A stretch of 64,000 nucleotides of DNA from Squalus acanthias (lineage: Eukaryota): assembly GCA_030390025.1 (NCBI GenBank), contig CM059446.1, positions 46,686,001 through 46,750,000 on the forward strand. The letters run 5' to 3'. A program made the translations under genes and the position numbers. Of this stretch, positions 12,520-26,000 are shown piece after piece. The notes under the pieces were generated by a model. That model worked only from the letters and a program-made list of their open reading frames with translations, did no database searches and was not told where the DNA came from. Positions within the stretch are counted from its first letter, which is position 1, and each line of letters opens with the position of its first letter.

Positions 12520-15251
12520 GGGGGCAGATGTTCCTCTTTAGTGCTTGGGCATATGGTTGGAGCACATGGGGAAAAAATAGGACTTTCGTCCATTCAGGAA
12601 GGACTGGTCTTTGACATAGCTGAGGAGAAGTCCCTGGCTCCAGTGAATCCAGAGCTACATGGAGCAGGCTATCAGGATGACACGCACTCAGAGGACAGAT
12701 CATCCCAAAAGTCATCTTGCTCTAACTCGTCCTCCCTTTGACACCACAGCCTGACCTCTATTCCACTTGCAAATAAAGCGACATTCCTCAATCCATTACT
12801 CATCCTACAACGTAATACTTCAGCCCTCTTTGCCCTGACATGATTGTGCCAATAATCATCTGTGTGAATAAGTCAGCACCAATGATTGCACCCTTTGCTG
12901 GATGCCTGTAACCTCCATGAATGCCAAAGCGATGTGTCAGTGCACAGTCTCTTTTAAAACAATAATTGCAAAGTGCAAACAATCACCCTACTCTTTCCTA
13001 ACACCTTCCTCCAGGTGCCTACACGTGCCTTTCTGTCACCTATTCTAGTGCTACTTCGAAGTGCCACCCGGAGGCCTGGATCGCAAGAGGTGGCTGTACA
13101 GAAGGGTCATGGGACTGTGGTGGCCCTCATCTCATGGCAGCTAACACCTGCCGCGGAGCTGCCAGCTGGAGGGTGCTGCCGGGAAGCCTGGTCTAGACTC
13201 CCACATTCCATTGGTGTGGTGGCCTGACAGAGAAGGCTGGAGGCCTGGTATGTGCTGCTGTCCCGAGTGACGTCAGTATCTGGTAGGGGGACTCCAGTGG
13301 TTTCCATTTCACTGGCCCCTAGATCTGTGGCCCCAATGATCAGAGGCATGACTAGTCTAGTGGCAGCTATAAGATCCTGACAGCCCTGAGAAACAGGGGT
13401 CGCTACACTCTGGAAGTGGTGGTGCATACTACGTTCCATTTGGTCCCATGTTGCTTCTAGAGCCGCAATCTATGCTTCTGTGAAGGTGGAGGCACCGACT
13501 GGCCCCTGGCTGCTTCTTAGACGGGGATCTACTGCAGATTCCAACAAAGCTGCCACTGGATCCAAGGAAGTGAAAGCTTCTGTGATGTTGCCACAAAGGA
13601 CAGCTGTAGACTGTCAGTTGCCACACATCCTCGGAGATAACATCAGAGCCTGCATGTAGATATGATCTTCCTCAAACATCCTTCTTTTCAGCCGATTACC
13701 CATAGGTTATGGGTCCAGAGCCATTGGCAGCTTTCGCAGCCTCCGCTGGGTAGGTGACACATCCTCACCCACTCTCCACTCCACGGGTTTTTCTCAAGCT
13801 CAATGAATCACCCAGTGCCACATTCTCACTACCACTATCTAATTCCTCCTGGGTGGAAGAATCTGAGCTGGTGCCTGGGGATGAGGAAGCAAGTGCTGCA
13901 GGAGATGAGTTGGTGGGGATTGGGGCAGATGAAGATGGGGGCAGGATGAAGTAGCAGCACAAGGGAGAAATATCTAGCCAAGTGCTCCTCTTCATCATCA
14001 TCATCATCATCCCTCCTCCACCCTGTTGCTGTGGTAGATCTGCAGGAAAGGAGGGTAGAAACTAAGGATGGGTCAGCATTACCCCCTCGCAGTAAGGAGA
14101 CAGAGAAAAGGAGTGGAAGGTGATGTCTGATTGATTCTTCATAAGAATGCCAGGGTGACAGTGTGGGCTCTCAGCCATCAACCTGGCACCAGCAAAATGC
14201 CATCTCCAGCGACGAGCTGAGTGAGTACATACCAGCTCCATGACCTTCTCAAAGGGGCTGAGGGGTTTAAAGGTGAGCATGCCCCCTCCGGTGACCTGCC
14301 TTAGGTGGGCATTGCATTCTAATTTGTCTGGCAGGAAGATAAAGTAAATGAGTGTAAGGCTAGTAGTTGAAGAATGTGTGCCAAGTGGCATAGAAGGGCT
14401 GAAGTAAGAGATGTGGGGGTGTGAGACTGTTAAAGTGGAGGAAGGAGTTTTCGGGTTGCGAATGCCAGTTATTGGTGTTAGGGGAGCTGTCTAGCCATAG
14501 TGCTAGAGACGGAGTTTGAGCTGCCATAATCAGAGTGCACCGTGAATGATTAGTTGAGCTGGCGTTGCTTTAAGAAGGTGAAGCTTGTGCTGGTGCCCAG
14601 AGTGGGCAAGGAAGAAAAGGTGAAAGTAGCCACTGTGTTACCTTGCCAGCCCTGTTGAGGTGTTGTTGAACTTTTTTTTGCGGCACTGGTCTGCGGTCCT
14701 GGGGTTAAAAGGAGTTGGCACTCGGTGCCTGTGCCACCTCCCTCCAGATGGCACGAGTGACATTCCTACCAGGCTTGATGGCACCCACACCCGAGAGTCT
14801 GTGCCTCCTACCTTCAGTCTCTTCCAGGAGGGGGTTGGAGGTTGGCATCAGTAAAGTTTTGTGTTCTTTCCTGGATGGGGCCATGCCCTGGTGCCGTCTC
14901 AGCACAGATGGTGCTCATTATTCTCTACAAGTATAATAAGACTATTGCTGTGACTCTGCAGTGAAGTTATTTGAGAGTGGCGCGAAAGCCAAGCTCTATT
15001 CCTCTCTCGCCTGCTTGTGCCCCAGTCTGCTGCTGAAGGGTGCAGGCTGACCTGCCTTTTTCACGGCTGCGCAGGAGTGTTGACGCGGTTTCGCTGTTTG
15101 CACCCGTTATGCACGGGTTTTACGCCAGTGACTGCCCCACTGAGAATGCAACTGAGCTGACCCAGGAAACTCGCAGGCCCGGTACCGGCAAGCGCAAGAT
15201 TTTGTAACGGGTGCAACAGCGGCGTAACTCACTTTGAGGAAATTAGAGGCC
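12520..15251 (-). mobile_element. Decayed PIF/Harbinger element with Myb/SANT-like gene remnant
   Basis: Minus-strand peptides WREVAQ...RTADQCRKKKFN (about 14650-14900) and KLECNAHLRQVTGGG...LSPFEK (about 14230-14330). Right end gaggaaattagaggcc; left end uncertain. Confidence 0.6.
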
Positions 15252-16751
15252 AAATTGTCCACAGAAAAGTACCAGCAAAACGTTAGTGATTGGAACTTAT
15301 AATGTAAGAAGATCCCTTGCATTCGTTCGACTGTTGTGTTGTGCAGGACTCCAGCTCTGTGGAAGTGCTTTGAAGCTGCAAAACAAATGTGTCAGGCTCT
15401 GTCCCTCCCCAGCACTGTCATAAAAAAATAATTTACTGTCAAAAGGCCTCATAAAATATATTTGACGACCAATCCAATTAAAAATATTGTTGGTAGCTCT
15501 CAGGAATTTTAACGGTGTGGGGAGTTTCCAAGCAAAATATTTTTGTTCAGTATAACCGTAGCTCAGAACAAAAACATGTTGACAGCGATGAAGAGGAAAT
15601 GTCATTTATTCAAAGAGAGATGAGACTCCAACTAATCACTTCAACCTGGAGCTGGGTTCGACAAAATCTGAGCTAAAGTGCAGAAGGTGTGTTCATTCCA
15701 TCTCGCTTGTACTAAATGGAGTTGAATAATTGAATGGAAAGCTACTGTTATTTTTACATCTTGCTTATGCTAGCAAAGTGAAACTGCCAGCTCAATGGTT
15801 GCACTGGTGCAGTGCAGGGCTGCTGAGCCTGAGTTTGAGTGACAGCCTTGAATAATATATAACGGCCTATTTTTTTTAATGGGTGACTGCTGAGCACCCA
15901 TTAGGTGCAAACCACCCACCCCACCCCCCCCCTCCCCGAGGTGCACTGTGCCTGTTAAAGGATGGGAGCACGCGATATTCCAGCCCAACGCCATTAGCAT
16001 AGCCCTCCTGATGCAGCCCCTTTGTCTGGGCCTTGTAACAGAAGGTCAGGGGGGAAAGCTTGACCGCAGTCGGAGTGATGAAGCCCCAACCCTTTAGTTC
16101 GTTGCGGGGGGGAAGGAGGACGTCAGTGTTAAAATAAACACTAACCTGCCCCATTCGTTTTTGGACCGGCCCCGGGACACACCCACAGACCCTTCCCGTC
16201 TGTAAGGGGGACCAGCGTGAGCCCTTGCACCAGGTATCTTCAGGTGTCTCTCCACTGGGGAGCAGGAGGAGGAAACTTAGGGGGCGAGAGGCCAAGAAAG
16301 CCCCTCCCACCCCATTTGCACTGTTTCAGCTGGGCTTGCACCTACTGCAGGCACAGGCCCAAAGACGTACCACGGGGAGGCCCAGGAAATCCCAGGGCAG
16401 TGCACTGGCACGGGGACCTGATGCAACGGGATTCCGCCCCTTTGTTCCTCTTTGCTGCATCTGGGGGGGCGGTGATTTCCCAGGCATCGTGAAATGATAA
16501 TCGGCCTTTGAACCAGCTATTCCCAATGAGTTTGTTTCACCAGCCCGTCGGTAGGATAGAGTGTTTCATGACAGAATGCCCCATCTTAGGGAAGACACTC
16601 TTTGTCGTTCTGCCTCCTTTCTGCTGGTATGGAGCCATGAGATCCACAACTCAGAATCTTGTTCCCCCCCCCCACTGAGGGACGAAGGCAGAAGAAACTA
16701 CTATAAAGGTAAAAATGATCAATAATACAATGCACTTGGACTATTCTGCAG

Positions 16752-16918
16752 GTCGTCTCCTGTTCGCTGGTTACAACGATTATACCATCAATGTGTGGGA
16801 TGTATTGAAGGGAACTCGAGTGTCAATCCTGTTTGGACATGAGAACCGAGTCAGCACTTTACGCGTTTCCCCTGATGGCACTGCTTTCTCCTCAGGATCA
16901 TGGGATCATACTCTGAGG
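16752..16918 (+). CDS. GNB5: GNB5 penultimate coding exon ([56 protein letters not shown])
   Basis: ctgcag acceptor, gttggt donor at 16919; 167 nt. Contained in ORF 16715-17074; last WD40 repeat. Confidence 0.96.
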
Positions 16919-19071
16919 GTTGGTGTTTTTGTTATTATTTATTATACAATGTCTTTATTATATACGTTATTAATTATCGGATGGCGGAACAGGCTCGAGG
17001 AGCTGAATGGCCTACTCCTGCTCCTATTATATTTAATAATCTGTGCATATTCTTACGTAACCTCAGGATGCTGAACAGGATCATTTTTCTACTTTGCACT
17101 CAAGGGAGAGATCCAACACAGAGTCTCCTTACCCTTCCTCAAAACCAAGTATCACCCCCTCCACAGACAACCCACAATATAAAATGAGGAACTGCTCATT
17201 GCCTCCCAAGGCACTGAGAGATAGTTTCTCTGTTTGCCACCGTCAACATACTCCCAGCAGCAGTGGCCACGACTTGCCATCGAGTCAGCCATTTTATTCT
17301 GGTAATGGGTTGACTGAGCTCCCAACCCACGCATACAGGCAGTAATTGCGATTTTCACATTGCTGGCTTGCACAGATCTTTGCCCAGTGCTGACAGAAGG
17401 TCTGTGATCAGACTGATAAATTTCCAGATAAGCTCAGTCGTGTACCGCACACACGCAGGACTGTGTCTGCGCAATCGCTTCAGGGTTGTAATCTCGACTT
17501 TTGAACAGATGTGATCTTTCCATGCGCAGTTGTTCCAATGTTGCCAAATCTCCACCACAGCATAAACAGATTCTGCCTAACGGAAACCGGGTAGTGTGTC
17601 TTTTGGGAGAGATTGTTACTTAAATAGGGTCAAACTGACCATATACCTCAACCATAACCTGCTCCCTTTCTCTACCAACGTTTCCCTTCCTTGTATAGCT
17701 GAGTTGATGAGGTACGTTGGTGCCCATTAGTATCAATTGGGGAGGGCGGTTTTGTTGATCTGTATCTTCTAGAAATGTAATCGTCAAACCGCTGAGAAGG
17801 CGCTGGATAATTCCAGGCTCCTTGACCTGGGCTAAATTTTAAAACAGAGGTTTGTTTGGTTTCCTCACTGAGATGCTGAAATGAAGACTAATATTACAAG
17901 AATAAAGGTACTGAACGATCAGGATGGGTTTATTGCTGGAATATTAACCATTCCATTCCACACATCAGAAGCATATATCAGTGCACGCTGACATTGGTGG
18001 AAATGCCTGAGTGGATGCTCCCTCACAAAAGTTGCATTTTACTTTATTATATAGCCACCAACGCCAAATGAGAGGGAATAGACAGCACTGGAGTACCTGG
18101 GGCAGGCTTGGGAATGGAGGCGAGCGGAAGCACTCGTGGTCGGCCTGGGAGAGTGTGGAGTGCGGGCCACAGCCAGAAGTGGAGCAGAGACTCTGGAGGG
18201 GTTGGCGGGGGGGCGGCTGAAAAAGAGCTGAGTCTGAGCAGAGTGGATAAAAAGACAGAGGTGGAGGATTCATGAGGGGGATCAATGATAACAACATATC
18301 ATGGCACCAAAAATAATTTGGATTTTTTTTTTCTCCAATGCGATGATTGGTTCGTGATATCACCTGGTTAGCATTGACCAATGTTGGTATCTGATTGGTC
18401 TGTAGCGCAATGTGATTAGCATGAACCAGTTAGTAGCAGTGAAGGCTCACGACAGTATTCTGCTTTTTCAGTATTACAGGGCACAGACACAAAGCTTAAT
18501 TATGGTTTTGCCTGTCGTATGCTACTGCTGTAATATACTGCAAGTTATCTCTCAATTAGCCTACAGTCATGAAGGTATAGTGTGAATGTGATCACACTTC
18601 GATGACATGGAACAGACCGACAGTTGCCCATTTACTGACAACGAACTACTGCCACCAAAATTGAATAAACCCAGCTGTTAATATATATCTTTTCAATACC
18701 TTGGAGCGAACAGCAATCTCGATCGCCTGTAGCTTGTGAGGTGACCTGAGCAATTCTATTAGATTACCGCCTTGTAATCGCTTCCAAGCATCATTACTCT
18801 CTCTTGACTGCTATGGTTGTGTAATATCGAGTTACTATACATCCCATGGAGGAAGATTTCCGTGTGCTAGACTAGTGAAATTATAAACCCATTCTGTGTA
18901 AACAGGTTTACACTTTTGCTGGAGTGAGTACACTGAGGAAATCTTACCACATTAACTCCAAATATTTCAAAATGCATGAATGGTCCAACATGACTTCCCT
19001 TCACACTCTTGAGATTGTTAGCAGCACAAACTAATAAAACTGAATTTGCATTTATTATTCTGTTTCTACAG

Positions 19072-19083
19072 ATTTGGGCTTAA
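19072..19083 (+). CDS. GNB5: GNB5 terminal coding exon (IWA-stop)
   Basis: tctgtttctacag acceptor followed by ATT TGG GCT TAA, matching the Gbeta5 C-terminus (V/I)WA. Confidence 0.92.
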   Translation: MWA

Positions 19084-20295
19084 GGTTTTCTTGGAGCTGC
19101 TCCTCCAATTCTGAATGAAGATTCCATTCCGGGATTTCTTGGCATTTGCAGTATGATGGCTCAACGCCTAGATCTTGTGTCTGTTTTAGGAAATGTGCAA
19201 ATATTGTGGGATTGTGACATTTAACCGAGTCTGTAGCGACTATATAATTATTTAAGAATCCTAGGAGGGAATTAGGGAATCATGAGATTGGTATCATAAT
19301 TCACTTGAACTTGTAGCAAACAAAATATTTAGAAATAGTTGCCGCCTTTTCCAAAATGCCGATCAGTAATAAGTTTCCCCACTTTCTAATAATGTTCCCA
19401 TTTGTAAATTTTATTATATGCACATTTATATTAAAACTCTCACATTGCCACACCTTTGATTCCCCATTTTGTTTGAGAAAAATTAGGCTTAAGGAAAACC
19501 TCCAAACCAGAATGATTAATTGTGTTTGTTTGTAATGCTTTCTTGGGCCAAGGTGGCGGCGACAATGGGGACAGACCCTCCGATAGATTGTTACAAAGAA
19601 TTGTTTATGTTCTATGACTAAAAATAACTACAAGTAAAACTCTATGGTATGACGGTGAATGGACTAGATAATGAAAAGTGTAGAGAATCTATTTAAACTA
19701 GTCCTTTCCGGAATATATATATATATATATATTATGCAATTTGAATTGTGCTGAATAGTTACACTACATATGGGTGGCAAAGTTCTCTTTTGTTTAAAGC
19801 TCAGCATGTCCATTTTGTCAGTATACCTTTTTTTTGTTTTTGATACACAGAATTGTAAAATAATGTTTAATAGCAGATGACAAATCTGGGGTAGGTCTGT
19901 AGACAACGACTGTTTGAGAACTTCACATTATTGAAGCGGGAGAAAATCTAATCAGAGTTGTTGTTTAAAGCGGTAAATTGTAAAATTCGATTGATGTAAT
20001 CCAATGCAGTAGATTTAAATGCACTGTGAACTTTTGCAGATTTTAATTCACTTGGGTAAGAAGTGCAATATTATACTACAACATTACTGGGATCTAGGCA
20101 AAAAAAAAGTAATGCCTTCTGACTCTATGTAGGGTCCTTGTTAAAGCACCTATTTTCTCTAGGGTCAATTGTATGATTTTGGTTTTGTTTCTGTATTTGT
20201 TTTGTGTATACTTCAACAGTTCTTTTGGTGAACACTTGTGTAAATCTTTTGAAATGTACCAAAAATTAATAAATGGCACATATAATATTTTAAAT
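19084..20295 (+). other. GNB5: GNB5 3' UTR (about 1.2 kb) ending near AATAAA 20268-20273
   Basis: AT-rich, TE-free sequence after the stop codon. Several TGTA motifs precede the AATAAA and a GT/T-rich tract follows it. Exact cleavage site is inferred. Confidence 0.65.
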
Positions 20296-22840
20296 AATGT
20301 CGGATGTTTTGATTTTTACAGCGCAGTTTTCAGTTGGTTATTTTAAGTTATACTGACGGGAAAGTACGGAACAGGGTGACTGTGCAGATTTAGGAACCAG
20401 GTACAGATTCCACTGTGCGTGATTTTTAAACCATTTAGAATAAATAGGGTGATGACCAATGTTACCTTTAAGCCGCACGGCCGTGCAACACTGGCTTTTA
20501 AACAGGAAACACCGTACATGCACAGAATGTTGAATGGGCCGCGCAGCTGCTTAAAGGGGCTGCGCACCCAAAAACAAAAATTAATGGGAATTTTGGTGCT
20601 GACTGTGAAAATAGCGAGGAATTTCACTGAGCCCATTCATTCATTCATTTAAAAATAGCAGACAGAGGAATTCTTGCGCTTCAGTACGTTACCAGTGTAT
20701 TCTTGATTACCAGAGTGTACTGCGTCCTAACCAGAGGCCCAGGAAATTGTTCGGGAGGGGGCTCAATCTCAAACAAAAAAAGAGTTGTATCAACCAGCAA
20801 AGGTTACTATTATCCTGGTGGGCCTCTGCTCCTCAAAGTTACTGTGACATGAATATGGTGCAGAAATAGGACAGCCAATCAGAAATATTTGGAGCTGAAG
20901 GATATCTGATTCCTTTTCTGCACTGAAGAATATACCGTAAATCGAAAGGGGAAAAAAACTTTGATTTCATAGATTTGTTTTACTTAGAACTCCAGGTTTA
21001 GAGGACATATTTTTCAGAAATTACAGAGAATATTTGTCAAACGGATTTTTTTTCCAAAACCCATTTGATTTGTATCTTAATAACGCCATATCATGTCCTA
21101 ATTAAGTGACATCATTCATGCACTCAACCACTATAATGACAGATATCAGTTTTGTTCACATTAGGTATATCTTTTATGACATTAAATATGATGCTTGGTT
21201 AGTAAATAGGGATTTTATGCCACACTCTGCAGACCTAAACAACCCACTCACAAATTTGCTCCTTATGAAATCTCAACTTGAAATTGATTTCTAAAATTCT
21301 TAGTTTTACTTATATTGGAACGGGCAGATGGCTAAGGATAATTACAATTCAACAATGGGCATCCTTGGAACTCTCTGCACTGGAGTTCCAACATTTTACA
21401 TCCAGGAACGATACCCGAGTAGTCCTGCTTAAAATAGCCTGCATGTGTTCAAAATCTAAACTGATCTAAGCAACACTTGATGTTCGGCACAATCTGCTTA
21501 GATCTGAATTGGTTCGGTTTGCATGAATATTCTCGAGTCTTTCCTCAGTCCCCAAGTGCTAGAAATCAGTCTTGTGGCTCTGCTCTGAACCACTTCCAGG
21601 GTTTGAGTGTCCCCTTTGTGCCTTGGTGGACAGGGGTGGACACAGTACCCAAGGTGGTCTGATCAGAGCACCATGCAGTTTGGGCATGAGTCCTTCCGAC
21701 TTGCACTCTGCTGGTTTGGCTAGATAGTTCAACATTCCAGTTGACTTATTGACTATTCGTGCACCATGATTGAACATGTTGAGCATCAAGTCTATTAAAC
21801 CCCTAGATCTCTTGCAACTTAATTTTTAATAGCTATTTCAATACCATTTAAGGAGTACTTATGTCACGAACATTTTGAAATGTTTACCTTATTTGGTCTG
21901 GCAGGGATTTTGGTTTGATTTATATGATGATGTTAGGTTAAGCTCACAAAGGGCCAACTCCCAGAGACATACAAACTATCAGAGATAATGTTTAGGGCAA
22001 ATTAGTTGGAATACCAGACAAAGCAGCCATCTAAGAGGTATAAACTCACATACCACATCAGTTTTGAGCACACTCTGGAGCTCTCCAGAACATAGGGGAA
22101 GTGTGGTCCACTTACGGTGTGACCAATAATGCTGAACCCGAGGGAATATCTAGTGCAGGATTGAAATTTGTAACAGTTACCCATTCTTTTCCCCCCATGT
22201 GCAGTACTTTACACTCATCCATATTACATTTCATCTACCATTAATCTGGCCATTTTTGTAGCTCCTAAATTGCCTCATCAGATGCAAGTGCCCATCCTTG
22301 TTTGGTATCATCTGCAAATTTGCACTAACCTTCTGAATCCAACGTCATTAATGTAAAATAGAAATAGTGGAGGCTGCAACACTGATCCCTGGGACACCCC
22401 ATTCAATTTTGCACTCAACATACTTCTTTAATAAGTACCTGCTGCTAATTAACTTTATCCAATTCCAGATTTTCCCCGAATCCCCACCGCTTTAAAATTA
22501 AATAATAATGAGAACGTTATCCAATGCTTTTTAAAAGCCAAGATGTACCATGTTGTAGGGATTTCCACTATCCACTTGGGAAGTCCTTTCCCTAAAATAG
22601 TCAAGGAAGTTAGTCAGGTAGTATCACACTTGGATACTGCGTACAATTCTGGTCGCCATATTATAAAAAGGATATAGAGGCACTGGAGAGGGTGCAGAGA
22701 ACATTTACAAGGATGATACCAGAAATCCGACGGTATACCTATCAGGAAAGGATGAACAGGCTGGGTCTAAGGCTGAGGGGTGATCTAATAGAGGTCTTTA
22801 AAATCATGAAAGGTTTTGATAGAGTAGATACAGAGAGAGT

Positions 22841-24683
22841 GGCCGGAATTTTGCCAGTATTCAGAGTGCGGGATTGGAGGCGGGACCGCTGTCAAAATGG
22901 CAAAGATTGACAGCGGGCAGGAAACTCGCTGTCAACCCGCCTCCAATCAATCTTCCCAAGTGTCGGGTCCCCAGTTTGCGCATGGACCCGACACCTAGTG
23001 GTGGGAAGAGGATTATAGCCACTTACCTGGCTGTTAACAGGTACTTAATACTTGTTAACAGGCTCTTTTTCAATTTTGCCGCTTTTTAAAAATTTGTTTC
23101 TGGGATCAGGGTGTCGCTGGCAATGACAGCATTTATTGCCCATCCCTAGTTGCCCTTGAGAAGGTGGTGGTGAGCCGCCTTCTTGAACCGCTGCAGTCCG
23201 TGTGGTGATGGTACTCCCACAGTGCTGTTAGGGAGGGAGTTCCAGGATTTTGACCCAGCGACAATGAAGGATCGGCGATATACTTCTAAGTCAGGATGGT
23301 GTGTGACTTGGAGGGGAACTTGGAGGTGGTGGTGTTCCCATGCGCCTGCTGCCCTTGTCCTTCTAGGTGGAAGAGGTTGCGGGTTTGGGAGGTGCTGCCG
23401 AAGAAGCCTTGGCGAGTTGCTGCAGTGCATCTTGTAGATGGTACACACTGCAGCCACGGTACGCCGGTGGTGGAGGGAGTGAATGTTTAAGGTGGTGGAT
23501 GGGGTGCCAATCAAGCGGGCAGCTTTGTCCTGGATGGTGTCGAGCTTCTTGAGTGTTGTTGGAGCTGCATTCATCCAGGCAAGTGGAGAGTATTCCATCA
23601 CACTCCTTACTTGTGCCTTGTAGATGGTGGAAAGGCTTTGGGGAATCAGGAGGTGAGACACTCGCCACAGAATACCTAGCCTCTGACCTGCTCTTGTTGC
23701 CACAGTATTTATGTGGCTGGTCCAGTTAAGTTTCTGGTTAATAGTGACCCCAGGATGTTGATAGTGGGGGATTCGGCGATGGTAATGCCATTGAATGTCA
23801 AGTGGAGGTGGTTAGACTCTCGCTAGTTGGAGATAGTCATTGCCTGGCACTTCTGTGGCGCGAATGTTACCTGCCACTTATCAACCCAAGCCTGAACGTC
23901 GTCCAGGTCTTGTTGCATGCGGGCATGGACTGCTTCATTATCTGTGGAGTTGCGAATGGCGCTGAACACTGTGCAGTCGTCAGCAAACATCCCCATTTCT
24001 GACCTTATGTTGGAGAGAAGGTCATTGATGAAGCAGCTGAAGATGGTTCGGCCTAGGACACTGCCCTGAGGAACTCCTGCAGCGATGTCCTGGGGCTGTG
24101 ATGATTGACCTTCTGCCTCGGGTTCCCCGACGTCCGTAATGTTTCTGCATTGATGACAGCTGCAGAAGTGGTGTGAAGGATCCAATGGTGCACTGGTGAG
24201 TTTCAGAGGTAAGAAAATGTTGGGAAAATCATTTTTAATGCATTTACACCTTTCTGCAGGTAACAAGTTTTGAATTGGCTGTCTAGTCCCACCTCATTGG
24301 GAGAACCTCTCTCACCAGTGACAGATCGCTTCTGTAACCTCACCTGCAGCTGCCATCTGTTCTAGCCTATGGAGGGAGTCACTGGAGAGCCTTGGTGCAA
24401 GAGCTCACCTGTGAACAGTCATTGTCAGTGTTTGCAGCCCTTCAATGCTGTCAAACACTGAGAAATGAGCTGTCAAAAAAAAATTGTGCGTGGTCCCTTT
24501 AAGAAAACCGGCAGATGACGCTTCATCAAATGACATCATCTGACCGGCTTCTTCTTAATTGCCCTTAACAAGGCCAATCAATGTAAAATCACATCCATTG
24601 GCCGGATGCAGTTGGGGGCGGGACTGGAACCCGGAAACCAGCTGACCTGCTCCCAAGCCGCATCCATTTGCAAAATCATGGCC
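22841..24683. mobile_element. Harbinger-like non-autonomous element containing a nested LINE
   Basis: Ends ggccggaatttt / aaaatcatggcc, 3-bp TSD agt/agt; terminal homology to 61290-61435. Confidence 0.72.
23092..24112 (-). mobile_element. CR1/L2-group LINE 3' fragment (second family)
   Basis: ORFs 23823-24266 (GVPQGSVLG, FADD) and 23146-23703 (RSVMEYSPLAW). Same family at about 54900-55640 (-) and 63425-64000 (+). Confidence 0.88.
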
Positions 24684-25877
24684 AGTGTTTCCACTTGTGG
24701 GGAAGAGCAAAACTAGAGGCCATCAATATAAGATAGTCAGCAAGAAATCCAATAGGGAATTCAGAAGAAACTTCTTTACCCAGAGAGTGGTGAGAATGTG
24801 GAACTCGCTACCACAGGGAGTGGTTGAAGCGAATAGTATAGATGCATTTAAGGGGCGGTTGGATAAGCATTTGAGGGAGAAGGAAATAGAGGGTTATGCT
24901 GCTAGAGTTAGATGAGGAAAGACGGGAGGAGGTTCGTGTGGAGCATAAACGCCTGCATAGACAGGTTGGGCCGAATGGCCTGTTTCTGTGCTGTATATCC
25001 TATGTAATCCTATGTAAGTATCTTCCTCTTACAAATCCATGTTGGCTGCTATTTGCCAGGTCGTTATTGTTAACAGGCAGTTCATAGGATTTAATCCCTT
25101 TCCCGCCTCGGGGAGACGGGACCCGGGGCAGGACGGCTTCCCGCCTCCTGGCAAAAAGGCACGGAGGCGGGTTGGGGGCGGGTTTGCCAGCCGCCCCACA
25201 TTCTGCAACTTTACCGGCAGTCCCGCCTCCATACCTGCCTCATCAGGGCTGAGAAAATCCAGCACACTTTTTAACTTTAGTTTGTGAACCATTGTCTTTC
25301 TGCAATGTAAACAGAAAGACACGTATGCATTTGAGGCGTCATTGTATCTTTGGACATACATATAAGTCTTTTGGCATGAGGTGTCCTGAAGTAATAAACC
25401 GCACAGTGATATGGTTGTTGAACCACAGGAATTTTACCACTTCAAGCCATTCAAATTGAAAGCAGCAGCAGAGACTGTTGATTGAAAATTAAAGAAGAAT
25501 TTTACTTCCAGCTAAAATGGTATGTAAAGGTTGCCAAATGTTTTATCTTTAAACAATACAGATGCATTGTTCAGTTTTACTCTAATTTGCATTATTATGA
25601 ATTGTATTTTGGGGTCTTTTTTGCCCTTGAGTTTAGTAGAATAAGAGGTGATCTCATTGAAACGTATAAAATTCTTAAGGGGCTTGATAAGGTAGATGCT
25701 GGGAGGATGCTTCTCCTGACTGGGGAGTCCAGAACTAGGGGTCACAGTCTCAGAAAAAGGGGTCCCGGCCATTTAGGACTGAGATGAGGAGAAACTTCTT
25801 CACTCAAAGGGTTGTAAATCTTTGGAATTCTCTACCCCAGAGAGCTGTGGATGCTCAGTCGTTGAGTATATTCAAGA

Positions 25878-26000
25878 TGCGGAGATGCCGGTGTTGGACT
25901 GGGGTGGACAAAAGTGAGAAGTCGCACAACACCAGGTTATAGTCCAACAGTTTTATTTGAAATCACAAGCTTTCGGAGCTGCTGCCCCTTCGTCAGGTGA
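25878..26000 (-). mobile_element. Penelope-like terminal fragment containing a minimal type I hammerhead ribozyme motif, inserted in a CR1
   Basis: 13-bp TSD agtatattcaaga (25865-25877 / 26001-26013). Minus strand reads TCAC CTGACGA A GGGGC AGCA GCTCC GAAAG CTT GTGA. Confidence 0.75.
25963..26000 (-). ncRNA. Candidate minimal hammerhead ribozyme (type I)
   Basis: Core CUGANGA and GAAA present; stem I UCAC/GUGA, stem II GGGGC/GCUCC, loopless palindromic stem III (AAGCUU), CUU cleavage triplet. Activity not shown. Confidence 0.6.

Larger units (their letters stand above)
22620..25015 (+). mobile_element. CR1 3' fragment split by a Harbinger-like insertion
   Basis: GFDRVDTER|VFPLVGK is continuous across 22840/24684. 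Confidence 0.85.

Noticed and set aside
15790-16530. GC-rich segment with several overlapping ORFs in a GNB5 intron
   Set aside because: Probably a LINE 5'/ORF1 remnant, but no motif is identifiable with confidence.
16715-17074. 119-aa stand-alone WD40 ORF with hydrophobic tail
   Set aside because: It is the GNB5 exon plus intronic read-through, including a CR1 tail fragment.
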